DNA of 64,000 bases. Origin: Nitrospira sp. GTDB taxonomy: Bacteria > Nitrospirota > Nitrospiria > Nitrospirales > Nitrospiraceae. A program made the position numbers and the translations under genes. The stretch lies in assembly GCA_040981125.1 (NCBI GenBank), contig JANRMQ010000009.1:73624-137623 (forward strand). Reading direction: 5' to 3'. How positions within the stretch are numbered: position 1 is the first letter of the stretch; each line of letters starts with the position of its first letter. Under the pieces are notes generated by a model that saw only the letters and a list, made by a program, of their open reading frames with translations, had not been told where the DNA came from and ran no database searches. This document shows positions 30,272 through 39,726 of this stretch, in pieces.

Positions 30272-31498
30272 ATGAGGACGCTCACAAGTAAAGATCATCA
30301 CAGAAGTTACGACGGAACGAGAATCTCGATCCGACCCCACGTCCTAGGGGTCTTGGTAATCGGCTGCTTCGCGATGGCGGGAACGGTCTTATCGTTGACG
30401 GCCGAAGCAAACCATGAAGGACGCGAGCATGCAGTTGAAGATCATCATGAGGCGATTGGGGCGGGCCATCCAATCCCGGGCGTGTCCTTTCAAGTATTCC
30501 TGGATCGGGCGCAAGTAACGACGCCAGGAGATGGATTTGACCAGGCTCAAGCCGATGCGGCTGTTCAAACGGTCGTCGATGCCTTCACATTCATGATTCA
30601 GCATCGGACCGACTATCAGCGTTTTGATGAAACGATAAAGAAAAATCTGCTTGAAAAAGTCATCATTGAATCGACCGTCGTCAATCAGGATGGAAAGTCC
30701 TTCCCTTTCCTGGTCGCTCGCACGAAGGAGCCGGGACGGGTCAAACTGTTGATCAACGGGTCCTCATTGAAGGAGAAAGGCCATCTGGGCCATCCCGACC
30801 GGCTTGTCCCTGTGCTCGCCAGAGAGTTTCAATGGGTCGTCAGTAAAGCCGATACGAGCCCAAAACCGAAGACCGTGTCGGTTGAACGGGATCTCAAACA
30901 TGCCCCTATCCGCAGCGACAAAGAGATCCGAGAGATGTCGGGGGACGACCGCACCAGCCTGATTCAACAGTTGTTCGACACCTATCTGAAAACCGTCGAT
31001 GACCATAAGAGCCTGGAAGGGCAATCCTATTATGAAGTCGGTACGACCGCATTGATTCCACCGGCGCAACCGGATTCCACGATCAAGCTCTACGAGATCC
31101 GGGTTCGCGAGGCCTTACAGAAGATCGTACGGGATGCGTATTTCAGCGAACGGACGCCGAAAGCGGTCAAGAGCCTACTGAACGGCACAGTTTGGAATGT
31201 CGCCTTCGTCAAGATCGATCAACGTGATTGGGCTACGCGCACCAGAGTGCTGTCGGAAGACAAGGCTGTGGCGGTAGGAGGAGCCGGCCGAGTGGTTCAA
31301 CCGGCTGCGATCTTGGTGAATACGTATCGGACGGCTGCTCCGGACGACCCGTTTTATCAGGATACAAAGGGCCTGCCGATGGGTGCGCTGTCGGCGGACC
31401 AACTTGCCCGCGTCATCGCGTTGGAAATTCAACACAACATCATCGAGAAATCCATGACCGGCCATGTGGCGCAGGACGAGATGACGGCGCCCAAGTGA
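30272..31498 (+). CDS. Membrane-anchored/exported hypothetical protein
   Basis: Coherent 408-aa ORF with an N-terminal TM (VLGVLVIGCFAMAGTVLSL) and a His-rich stretch. I recognise no domain. Flanked by non-coding A/T-richer DNA. Confidence 0.5.
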   Translation: MRTLTSKDHHRSYDGTRISIRPHVLGVLVIGCFAMAGTVLSLTAEANHEGREHAVEDHHEAIGAGHPIPGVSFQVFLDRAQVTTPGDGFDQAQADAAVQTVVDAFTFMIQHRTDYQRFDETIKKNLLEKVIIESTVVNQDGKSFPFLVARTKEPGRVKLLINGSSLKEKGHLGHPDRLVPVLAREFQWVVSKADTSPKPKTVSVERDLKHAPIRSDKEIREMSGDDRTSLIQQLFDTYLKTVDDHKSLEGQSYYEVGTTALIPPAQPDSTIKLYEIRVREALQKIVRDAYFSERTPKAVKSLLNGTVWNVAFVKIDQRDWATRTRVLSEDKAVAVGGAGRVVQPAAILVNTYRTAAPDDPFYQDTKGLPMGALSADQLARVIALEIQHNIIEKSMTGHVAQDEMTAPK

Positions 31499-31819
31499 AA
31501 AAGACCGCATAGCGCTCATTCCAGTAAGGAACAGACTTCCAGCTCGGGCCCTCTATTCTGCGGACAGTATGTTGTGTATCCCTTCTGATACGTTCCTGCG
31601 TGATTATTGGATACAGCCCGTGCCATATCATCCCAGCCGCAAGAATACTTCCATTCGTATTCCCTTGTAGAGTCACCTCCCGAGATCTTCTTTGCCACGG
31701 TACGTAGTTTGCTTATGCCGTAGGCCTGATTTTAGCCATCGGTCAAGTGTGATGCCGCCTACAATGATCGCCGACATCGTATGCGGAGCTATGCGGAACG
31801 GAAGCCTGAGGGGGGTCGA

Positions 31820-33310
31820 ATGAAGCCTACACTGCAATTTGATGAGCTGCATGTCATCTCCGATCTTCACCTGGGAGGCGTGAAGCCATTTCAGATTTTC
31901 GGATCGACCAGGGAGCTTGTAGCCTTAGTCGAATATCTAACGAAGATAACCGTTGAGAGGCAGGTGGGACTACTCATCAACGGGGACTTCATTGATTTTC
32001 TGGCTGAGGAGCCGAGCGCATATTTCGATCCAGATGGCGCGGTCAGTAAGCTGAATCGCATACTGAAAGACGCAACCTTCGAGCTGATTGTTGATGCACT
32101 CAGCAAGTTCGTTCGTACCAAGAACCGCATGCTCATGATCAATCTGGGCAATCATGACTTGGAGCTTGCCCTACCATGGGTTCGCGAGCACCTGATCCAA
32201 TCTCTGTGCGGCGAAGATCTCGAAGCGAGAGGAAGACTCAACATTGTCCTAGATGGGACCGGCGTTCTCTGCCAAGTCGGAAATGCCCTCGTGCTCTGCC
32301 TCCATGGTAACGAAGTGGACAGCTGGAATGTCGCGGACTTCGAAACCATTCGCCGTGTTGGACGCGATGCCCAGTTTGGCTGGCCCGTCGAAGCTTGGGT
32401 TCCGAACGCCGGAACCCGGATGGTAATCGATGTGATGAATACAATCAAGCGTCGCTTCCCGTTTGTGGACTTGCTGAAACCGGAAGCCGAAGCCGTGGTG
32501 CCGACCTTGCTTGCGTTGGATCCGTCTGCTTTGCCGACACTCCGGGACGTGGCGTCGGTAGCAGGGCGTAGAGCATGGGATGCGGCCCGCATGGCCACGG
32601 GTTTTCTTGGTGATCCGATAGCAAACACGAACGGCGTGATTTCCAGGGCAGTGGAGCCGCCAGCCGCAATTATGGCCGGTGGAGCCGGCAGATTCAGTGA
32701 ACGAGGCGGACGAGTGCGTGCCGACGACGAATTGTTGAGTCTCATGGAAGTGGTGGAAATCGAGGCGCGCAAGGGAACGGTGCCGATGGATCTCATCAAA
32801 CAAGACCAAGATAGGCAGCTTGGCTTCTGGGGGGCGACATGGAAGTTGATCTCGGGAAAACCCATGCCCGAGGTTCTGCGTGAGGCGCTTGAAGATCTGG
32901 ACAAGGACAGATCCTTCGATATCGAGGAACCCGATGATACCTTTAAGCGGCTGGACGCGCTGGTAACCTCGAATATCGATTATGTTGTCGCAGGTCACAC
33001 TCATCTGGAACGGGCGCTGCGAAGAAAATCAGGCCGGGCTTATTACTTCAACAGCGGCACATGGGCGCGTCTGATCAAGATCAAGAAGGCGACTCGCCAG
33101 GATCCGGTGAAGTTTGAGCGCGTGTTTAATCTCCTCAAAGGCGGATCGATGGAGGACCTGGATAAGGAGCCTGACCTGGTCATCAAACGCTGCTCGATTG
33201 TTTCAGTTTGGACGGACCCAGATGGTCGGACCTATGGCGAATTGCGCCGAATGGGAGCGGGACAAGACCAGCCTCAGCCAGTCGAGGACAGCCGCTACCC
33301 CAGGAGTTAA
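31820..33310 (+). CDS. Calcineurin-like metallophosphoesterase with a large internal insertion
   Basis: Full ordered motif set: SDLHLGG, NGDFIDF, GNHDLE, LHGNE, AGHTHLE. About 230 aa separate the last two. ATG at 31820 after GAGGGGGG. Confidence 0.8.
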   Translation: MKPTLQFDELHVISDLHLGGVKPFQIFGSTRELVALVEYLTKITVERQVGLLINGDFIDFLAEEPSAYFDPDGAVSKLNRILKDATFELIVDALSKFVRTKNRMLMINLGNHDLELALPWVREHLIQSLCGEDLEARGRLNIVLDGTGVLCQVGNALVLCLHGNEVDSWNVADFETIRRVGRDAQFGWPVEAWVPNAGTRMVIDVMNTIKRRFPFVDLLKPEAEAVVPTLLALDPSALPTLRDVASVAGRRAWDAARMATGFLGDPIANTNGVISRAVEPPAAIMAGGAGRFSERGGRVRADDELLSLMEVVEIEARKGTVPMDLIKQDQDRQLGFWGATWKLISGKPMPEVLREALEDLDKDRSFDIEEPDDTFKRLDALVTSNIDYVVAGHTHLERALRRKSGRAYYFNSGTWARLIKIKKATRQDPVKFERVFNLLKGGSMEDLDKEPDLVIKRCSIVSVWTDPDGRTYGELRRMGAGQDQPQPVEDSRYPRS

Positions 33311-33314
33311 AGCT

Positions 33315-35351
33315 ATGCGCACCATCACACTCGAGTTGCTGCGACATGGGCCGACTCACAATCAACTGCTGTCGCCGCTGACCCAATATTTGGCGTTGTG
33401 TCAAAATCATTCGGCCGTGACGGTGCGCGTTCCGTTTGAGCATAATCAAATGCTGTATCGCCTGCGCGCCCTGAGTTACGCGCTTGGTCCGGAGGGCCGT
33501 CAGTTTCAAGTCAAGGATACCGCGCAGGTACTCGGCTCTTTGCTGGCCGAGATTCCAGGTCTCACCGCCGATATGAATCGATGGCAGGACGACGCCAATT
33601 CAGATCCGGTGACGCATCTGAGGCTCGTGCTCTCTGCTTCTGAACTGGCCCTGCTTCCCTTCGAACTGGCGCTCGCACCCAATGGATTTCCCGGCGCAGG
33701 TCAGCCGCTATGCCTCCAGGCCCAAATGCCGCTGTGCATCATGCGCGAGACGCGGAGGGTAGCGGAGGAATTCGATGAGTGGCCCGACCGTCCTCGGATA
33801 TTGTTCGTTGCGTCGACTCCGCCGGGGTATGGAGCCGTTCCCGTTGAGGCGCATTTGCTAGCACTTCGCAAAGCGCTCGAGCCGTGGATAGGATTTGTTG
33901 AGACCAATGACTCCGACACACGGCGCCGGCAGGTCGCGCGGTATCTATCTGTTCTGACTCATGCGAGCATTGAAAGCATCGAGGAGGCTTGCGCCACCGA
34001 ACGATTCACTCACATTCATATCCTGGCGCATGGAACCCAGTGTCCGGGCGACTATGACATCCGGTTTGGCCTTGCATTGCATGATGCTCGGGATCCGCTT
34101 GCACGGGCGGACGTTGTGAGCGGCGAACGGCTTGTAAGTGCGTTGAGAGTTTCCAGACGCGGTGAGCACGGAAAGCTCATGCGGCCGGCGGTGGTTACCC
34201 TCGCTAGCTGTGACAGCGGCAACGTAGGCACGGTTGCCGGCGTCGGCGGCAGCATTGCGCATGCTCTGCATGAAGGGGGCATTCCACTCGTGATCGCATC
34301 CCAGTTTCCGCTTTCGTTTGGCGGCTCGGTGCGCATGGTGGAAACCTTGTATGGAGGTCTGTTGTGGGGCGAGGATCCCCGCAAAGTCCTGATCGATTTA
34401 AGGCGGCAACTCCACGCAGAGTTTCCAAATACGCATGATTGGGCCAGCGTGACGGCCTATGCATCGCTTTCTCCAGGGTTTGAGGGTCAACTCACCTCAG
34501 CACAGATTCGAAGGGCTAAATCCAGCATTGATGAAGCATTGAGGGTTGCGGACGAAGTCACACGGCGATTTTGTTCTCGGTCGGCCCAGCGCTTGAAGCA
34601 TTCGAAGCCCGGAACAAAGCTGGAGCAAGAGCAACTTCTCGACAACACAAGGTTCCAAGTCGTGGCGGCGAAGCAACGACTGGAGAAACTGTTAACCCGA
34701 TACCCGTCCGAGCGAGCAAGAATCCGTGGACTACTTGCGAGCACGGAAAAGCGCGAAGCTGCGGTGCATTACGCGAGACGGAATATCGTTCCCATAGAAG
34801 CGGATCAATTGGTTGAGTGTCGCGAGCAGGCACTCAATGCCCTCATTCGTGCACGAGAGCATTATTGGGACGCGTTCATAACGAATCGTGAGAACTACTG
34901 GATCATTGTCCAATATTTGTCATTGACGATCATTCTACAGAAGAGCGAGCGGCTTCCGAAGTCTGTGGGGGACGCGGAGCGCATTCCCGCCGCACTTTGG
35001 ACCATGGCGGAAATGCAATCGCTATGTGATCTTCGGAGCAATGGCCGGCTCACGCGAATCTGGGCGTTGGGCAATTTGGTCGAACTCTATATCCTTGCAC
35101 CGTTGACCGATCATATTGCCGTGCAAAACGATGTTCCGGGTCTTATCGATAAGGCGTCAGCGCGAGCAAAGGATCTCGTGGCTGTCGCAGGCTCGGACCC
35201 ATTTGGAATCTTTTCCACGCGTCGCCAAGTGGCTCGCTATTTGGATTGGTACAACGATCTCACCGGAGGCTCTCTGAAACCGATCATTCCAATCGCTGAA
35301 GCGGTATTTGCTCAGTTGCCAGAACGGGAGGAACCCGAATGGGATTATTAA
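33315..35351 (+). CDS. CHAT-domain (caspase-like) protease with a helical C-terminal region
   Basis: LALLPFELA, HIHILAHG (His239, codon 34029-34031) and TLASCDSGN (Cys299, codon 34209-34211). ATG lies 4 nt after the upstream stop, with GGAG inside the upstream gene's end. Confidence 0.8.
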   Translation: MRTITLELLRHGPTHNQLLSPLTQYLALCQNHSAVTVRVPFEHNQMLYRLRALSYALGPEGRQFQVKDTAQVLGSLLAEIPGLTADMNRWQDDANSDPVTHLRLVLSASELALLPFELALAPNGFPGAGQPLCLQAQMPLCIMRETRRVAEEFDEWPDRPRILFVASTPPGYGAVPVEAHLLALRKALEPWIGFVETNDSDTRRRQVARYLSVLTHASIESIEEACATERFTHIHILAHGTQCPGDYDIRFGLALHDARDPLARADVVSGERLVSALRVSRRGEHGKLMRPAVVTLASCDSGNVGTVAGVGGSIAHALHEGGIPLVIASQFPLSFGGSVRMVETLYGGLLWGEDPRKVLIDLRRQLHAEFPNTHDWASVTAYASLSPGFEGQLTSAQIRRAKSSIDEALRVADEVTRRFCSRSAQRLKHSKPGTKLEQEQLLDNTRFQVVAAKQRLEKLLTRYPSERARIRGLLASTEKREAAVHYARRNIVPIEADQLVECREQALNALIRAREHYWDAFITNRENYWIIVQYLSLTIILQKSERLPKSVGDAERIPAALWTMAEMQSLCDLRSNGRLTRIWALGNLVELYILAPLTDHIAVQNDVPGLIDKASARAKDLVAVAGSDPFGIFSTRRQVARYLDWYNDLTGGSLKPIIPIAEAVFAQLPEREEPEWDY

Positions 35352-35572
35352 GAATATGAACTCGCCGCTCATGAGGCTCTTCAGACAGCCTGTGCCATGC
35401 TCACGTCCTCCTCTTTCGATCGGAAATTTCGGCCTTCCTCGGGTCTTGAACGAAATAGTCAGCCTCTCTAGACTCATTCATGTAGACTCTACGCCTGATC
35501 GCAAGCGCTGCCTCGTGCAGGGCGCTGATTCGATGAATGTGTCCGCACAACTCCAAATAGAAAGGAGCCGTT

Positions 35573-35980
35573 ATGGGTCTCTTCGGCACAATTCTGGAAA
35601 AACTTGGTTTCGGTGGCGCTGCCGCTCAGGCTTCACCCACGGCCGCACCACAGGCCGAGCCGGCTCAAGCTCAAGCGGCGCCTCAACCTGCAGCGCCACC
35701 TCCGGCAAAGGCATCCGGCTCCGTCGATGTCGTCGCCAAGCTGGGAAGTCTCGCCGCGAAGCACAAAGAAAAACTCAATTGGAGAACATCGATCGTGGAT
35801 CTTCTCAAACTACTAGGCCTCGACAGCAGCCTTACGGCGCGCAAGGAATTGGCGACGGAGCTTGGATGTCCTACGGATAAAATGAACGATTCGGCGCAGA
35901 TGAACATGTGGCTGCATAAGACCGTCATGAAGAAACTTGCCGATAACGGGGGCAACATCCCGAAGGAACTTTTGAGCTGA
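35573..35980 (+). CDS. DUF3597 domain protein
   Basis: MGLFGTILEKLGFG N-terminus, Pro/Ala/Gln-rich linker, conserved C-terminal LNWRTSIVDLLKLLGLDSS..ELGC. AAAGGAG precedes the ATG. Confidence 0.6.
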   Translation: MGLFGTILEKLGFGGAAAQASPTAAPQAEPAQAQAAPQPAAPPPAKASGSVDVVAKLGSLAAKHKEKLNWRTSIVDLLKLLGLDSSLTARKELATELGCPTDKMNDSAQMNMWLHKTVMKKLADNGGNIPKELLS

Positions 35981-36006
35981 CGGGTGGCTGGAAAGCTCGC
36001 CGTTGA

Positions 36007-36474
36007 ATGTTCGCCGTCATCCTTTTTGAACCGGAAATCCCCTCGAATACCGGCAATATTATCCGGCTCTGCGCCAATACCGGCGTCGCCTTGCATCTCG
36101 TCAAGCCGTTGGGTTTCACGCTGGACGATAAGCGATTGCGGCGGGCCGGGTTGGATTATCACGAGTTTGCTACGCTCACGGTTCATGACAATTGGGGCGA
36201 GTGCGCCGACAGCATGAAGGAGCGCCGCGTCTTTGCGGTTTCCACCAAGGGTGCGCAACGCTATGATCTGAACGATTATACCGAGGGCGACGCGTTCCTG
36301 TTTGGTCCGGAAACGCGTGGGCTGCCGGCCGAGATCCTTCACGCATTCCCGGAACAACGGCGTCTTCTCGTACCGATGGTTCCGGGAAGCCGAAGCCTGA
36401 ATTTATCCAATGCGGTCGCGGTGGTGATTTACGAAGCCTGGCGACACGCCGGGTTTATCCCGCCTCATCAGTGA
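36007..36474 (+). CDS. trmL: tRNA (cytidine/uridine(34)-2'-O)-methyltransferase TrmL
   Basis: Near-colinear with E. coli YibK/TrmL: LFEPEIPSNTGNIIRLCANTG, DDKRLRRAGLDYHEF, FGPETRGLPAEIL, SLNLSNAVAVVIYEAWR. Confidence 0.9.
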   Translation: MFAVILFEPEIPSNTGNIIRLCANTGVALHLVKPLGFTLDDKRLRRAGLDYHEFATLTVHDNWGECADSMKERRVFAVSTKGAQRYDLNDYTEGDAFLFGPETRGLPAEILHAFPEQRRLLVPMVPGSRSLNLSNAVAVVIYEAWRHAGFIPPHQ

Positions 36475-36728
36475 CTCGCCAAACGTTCTCCGTCACGACG
36501 TCTTCACGATTCTCAGCGAGCGATGTCGTGATGTCTCGTGGTCGTTCGATCCGCGTCGATCCCCGCCGAATCGCAATTCGGACGAAATCGTTGGAAAGCC
36601 GATAGTTTAGCCGGTCGATTGCCTAGCGCATGGTGCATGGTATGCGCCATGCATCGGCTTGTCGATATGAAGTATCACTTGGGACCGACGCGTTCAATAT
36701 CGCATGGACATTCAGAGAGGAGGCATCG

Positions 36729-36941
36729 ATGAAATGCACACGCTGTGGCGGGTTCATGATGATTGAGTCACTGTACGACGTGAAACATGAGGACACGCGG
36801 GTCGGTAAATTCGGCGGTCGCTGCATCAACTGCGGCAATATCGAAGATTCGGTGATCCGCCGGAATCGCGTGGTGCGACCTTCGCTGAGAAACGCGCCTC
36901 GTGGTGGAACCGTAGAGCAAGGCGTCATTCTGGTCTGGTAA
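36729..36941 (+). CDS. Small zinc-ribbon protein (70 aa)
   Basis: CTRCGG...CINCGN pairs. ATG at 36729 after GAGAGGAGG. Confidence 0.5.
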   Translation: MKCTRCGGFMMIESLYDVKHEDTRVGKFGGRCINCGNIEDSVIRRNRVVRPSLRNAPRGGTVEQGVILVW

Positions 36942-37475
36942 CACCTGCGCTGCTTCCATCGCCGGCGCCTGTACGAGTCCCACGGAATAAGTGAAGAGCA
37001 ATCCTAAGTGAATCGGTATGGTTCGACTGCAGAACAACAGGCGCCGGCCCGGAAGATGGACGTAGCCGTCGAAGATCACGTCACAGCAGTTCTCCCTTCA
37101 ATACGAATTCTCTCCCGCGCGTAAACAGCCGGCCTGTGTGATGGCGATGGTGCCGCGCGCGCCCCGTCATAGCAATAGCCGCGTGCGAACATGCCTTCGG
37201 TGTTGCAGAACATTCCCTCCTCCGGGATAGATCACGATTGATGAAGGTATTCACGGTGAGTCTTCGTGACCGTTCACTGCGAGCAGTCATGTCGCATTAC
37301 TCTCTTTCCGTGAACTGCCCAGGGTCTCGACAGGTTAGCTCGTGTCTTTTGAACCGTCCCTCCTGGTACAAGCCATGCAACTTGACCAAAAGCGCGCCGC
37401 GCGACTTAACTTTCACGAATGGCGCGACCGGTCGGCTGACATTCACATGCGAACCGAGAAAGTGAGGGCTGGGCG

Positions 37476-37667
37476 ATGGGTGGTCTGTTCTTTGAAGACA
37501 ACTCACTGGTGAGCGGCATCCTGGCGATCATGGGAATTCTTGGAGCATTCGTATTGGCGGTCTATAGCCTCACGCTTCCTCCTCCTCCGGCCACGTCGCC
37601 GCTTGACCGGCATGCAGAAGAAAAGGTCAAGCAAATTTACACCAGGCATGACCTATGGAGATGGTAA
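37476..37667 (+). CDS. Possible small single-TM protein upstream of the bd-like oxidase
   Basis: One hydrophobic helix (VSGILAIMGILGAFVLAVYSL) and a weak SD. Coding status is uncertain. Confidence 0.3.
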   Translation: MGGLFFEDNSLVSGILAIMGILGAFVLAVYSLTLPPPPATSPLDRHAEEKVKQIYTRHDLWRW

Positions 37668-37738
37668 TTGCCTCGCGCCGGATCATGCCGATGCGAGGTG
37701 AATCGGGAGAAGCGAGCGATACATGAAGGAGTTCAGCC

Positions 37739-39682
37739 ATGTATAGAACCGTGTCCCTGAAAACATCGATTGTCGCGATCGGACTGATGAGCCTCTGCCT
37801 GTTTGTTATGCCGGTCATCCTATCCTGGCCGGACGATTTATCTCGGCCGATCGCGCTGGCTGCGGAATCCGATGTCCCATTGTCCGAAACGGCGGTAGCG
37901 GACGCAAGGGACGAGCAAAAGATCGAGACGTCGCGGGATGTCTATTACAAGACGGAAGGAATCGTGTCGGGCCAGCCGGCTCCGCAGGCGACCGATAGCC
38001 AAAAGGATTACCCTCGTTACAACTTTGAAAGTCGCGTGCTGATCTGGATCGCCAACCAACAGCATCTCTATTACGGCAGTTTTGTTCTCGCGGTGCCGAT
38101 CTTCTGCATGATCATTGAATTCATGGGCATGGTGGCCAAAGACAAGACCATGGCTCAACGGTACGATCGGCTCGCGTACGATTTCGTGAAGATCAGTCTC
38201 ACGGCCTATTCGTTGACCGCGATTCTCGGAGGGATTCTCGTCTTCACGTTCCTGACCCTGTACCCGACGTTCTTCGGATATTTATCCAGTATTTTTCGGC
38301 CGGTCATGCATCTCTATGCCTTGCTCTTCGTGGCCGAGAGCGGGACCCTCTATGTCTATTATTACGGCTGGGACAAAATGAAAGACGGCTTTCTCAAATG
38401 GATCCATCTGAGCCTGGCCGTCGCCTTGAACACCATCGGCACGGTGCTCATGTTTCTGGCCAATTCCTGGATCGGCTTCATGATGTCTCCGGCCGGAGTA
38501 GACGAGCAGGGCCGTTACCTGGGCAATATCTGGCACGTCATCCATACGGCACTGTGGAATCCGCTGAACATGCACCGGATTCTCGGCAACATGGCGTTCG
38601 GCGGCAGCGTCGTCGCGGCCTATGCGGCCTACCGGTTTCTGGCGGCGAAAACGAAAGAGGAGCGGGCCCATTATGATTGGATGGGCTATGTGGCGATGTT
38701 CATCGCGGTCGTGTTTCTTATTCCGTTGCCGTTCGCAGGCTACTGGCTCATGCGCGAGGTCTACGCCTATCGCCAGCAAATGGGCATCACGCTGATGGGC
38801 GGTCTCCTCGCCTGGCTCTTTATCATCCAGGCCACCATGATCGGCGCGCTGTTTCTCACGGCGAGCTACTATCTCTGGCAATGCTTGGATCGCATGCGCG
38901 GAGCGGAGCGTTATCAAAAGTACATCAAGTACGTATTGTTCGCCATGGTCGCGGGATTCCTCGTGTTCATCACGCCGCACACCATGGTCATGACTCCTGC
39001 CGAACTAAAGGCAATGGGCGGCCAGCAGCATCCGGTGCTGGGCAATTTTGGAGTCATGTCGGCCAAGAACGGCGGCATCAATATCCTGATCGTCGCGACC
39101 ATCTTGAGCTTTATCTGGTATCAACGCGGGAACAAGGTACCCACGGTGTCCTGGGCGAAATTCGGCAACATTCTCATGGGCTGCTTTTTCGCCGTTGGGG
39201 CGTTAAATATCATCTGGCTCGCGGTCTATGGCTACTATATCCCGGCGAATGTACGGGTGGGCCTGTCCGTGCCGCAGGTGGCGACGACTTTGTCCTGTCT
39301 CATCTTCATGACCACCCTGAATCTTCTCATGTTACGGGGGGCAACGCTCGCCGGACCGGTGGAATGGGGGAAGATGGCGGGACGCAGCCAGTATGCCTTG
39401 ATCATGTTGGCGACGGAATTCACTTGGATGATGGCCTTGATGGGGTACATCCGGTCGTCCGTCCGGCTGTTCTGGCACGTGAACGAAATCATGCGCGACA
39501 ACAGCCCGTGGGCCTACACCCATACCGTGGGATTTGCGGCCAACATGATCTCATTCAACGTGCTGTTTTTCTGGGTCAGCATTCTCTTTGTATTCTGGTT
39601 GGCGTCGCTGGGTGAAAAGAAGGCGGTCCAGAAACAGCCGGCGGCAACACCCCACATGGTGCCGCAGCCGGTGAGGCGTTGA
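37739..39682 (+). CDS. Cytochrome bd-like oxidase subunit I family membrane protein
   Basis: 647 aa, polytopic (more than 10 hydrophobic helices). The N-terminal QHLYYGSFVLAVPIFCMIIEF resembles the CydA first-helix His motif. No cydB follows. AAGGAG precedes the ATG. Confidence 0.6.
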   Translation: MYRTVSLKTSIVAIGLMSLCLFVMPVILSWPDDLSRPIALAAESDVPLSETAVADARDEQKIETSRDVYYKTEGIVSGQPAPQATDSQKDYPRYNFESRVLIWIANQQHLYYGSFVLAVPIFCMIIEFMGMVAKDKTMAQRYDRLAYDFVKISLTAYSLTAILGGILVFTFLTLYPTFFGYLSSIFRPVMHLYALLFVAESGTLYVYYYGWDKMKDGFLKWIHLSLAVALNTIGTVLMFLANSWIGFMMSPAGVDEQGRYLGNIWHVIHTALWNPLNMHRILGNMAFGGSVVAAYAAYRFLAAKTKEERAHYDWMGYVAMFIAVVFLIPLPFAGYWLMREVYAYRQQMGITLMGGLLAWLFIIQATMIGALFLTASYYLWQCLDRMRGAERYQKYIKYVLFAMVAGFLVFITPHTMVMTPAELKAMGGQQHPVLGNFGVMSAKNGGINILIVATILSFIWYQRGNKVPTVSWAKFGNILMGCFFAVGALNIIWLAVYGYYIPANVRVGLSVPQVATTLSCLIFMTTLNLLMLRGATLAGPVEWGKMAGRSQYALIMLATEFTWMMALMGYIRSSVRLFWHVNEIMRDNSPWAYTHTVGFAANMISFNVLFFWVSILFVFWLASLGEKKAVQKQPAATPHMVPQPVRR

Positions 39683-39726
39683 GACGCCGGTGTCCGGAGT
39701 GAGCCGGAGATTCAGGGAAAGCGTAG

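Noticed and set aside
33114-33314. N-terminal 67-aa extension of the CHAT ORF overlapping the end of the metallophosphoesterase gene
   Set aside because: The ATG at 33315 has a properly spaced GGAG and begins directly after the upstream stop. The extension would require a 197-nt out-of-frame overlap.
35683-36357. 224-aa minus-strand ORF spanning DUF3597 and trmL
   Set aside because: It is antisense to trmL, whose product is almost colinear with E. coli TrmL.
38282-39615. Alternative-frame ORFs inside the bd-like oxidase gene (38282-38980 minus, 38677-39615 plus)
   Set aside because: The oxidase frame gives a continuous pattern of hydrophobic helices. The alternatives give Arg/Gly/His-rich sequences typical of off-frame GC-rich translation.
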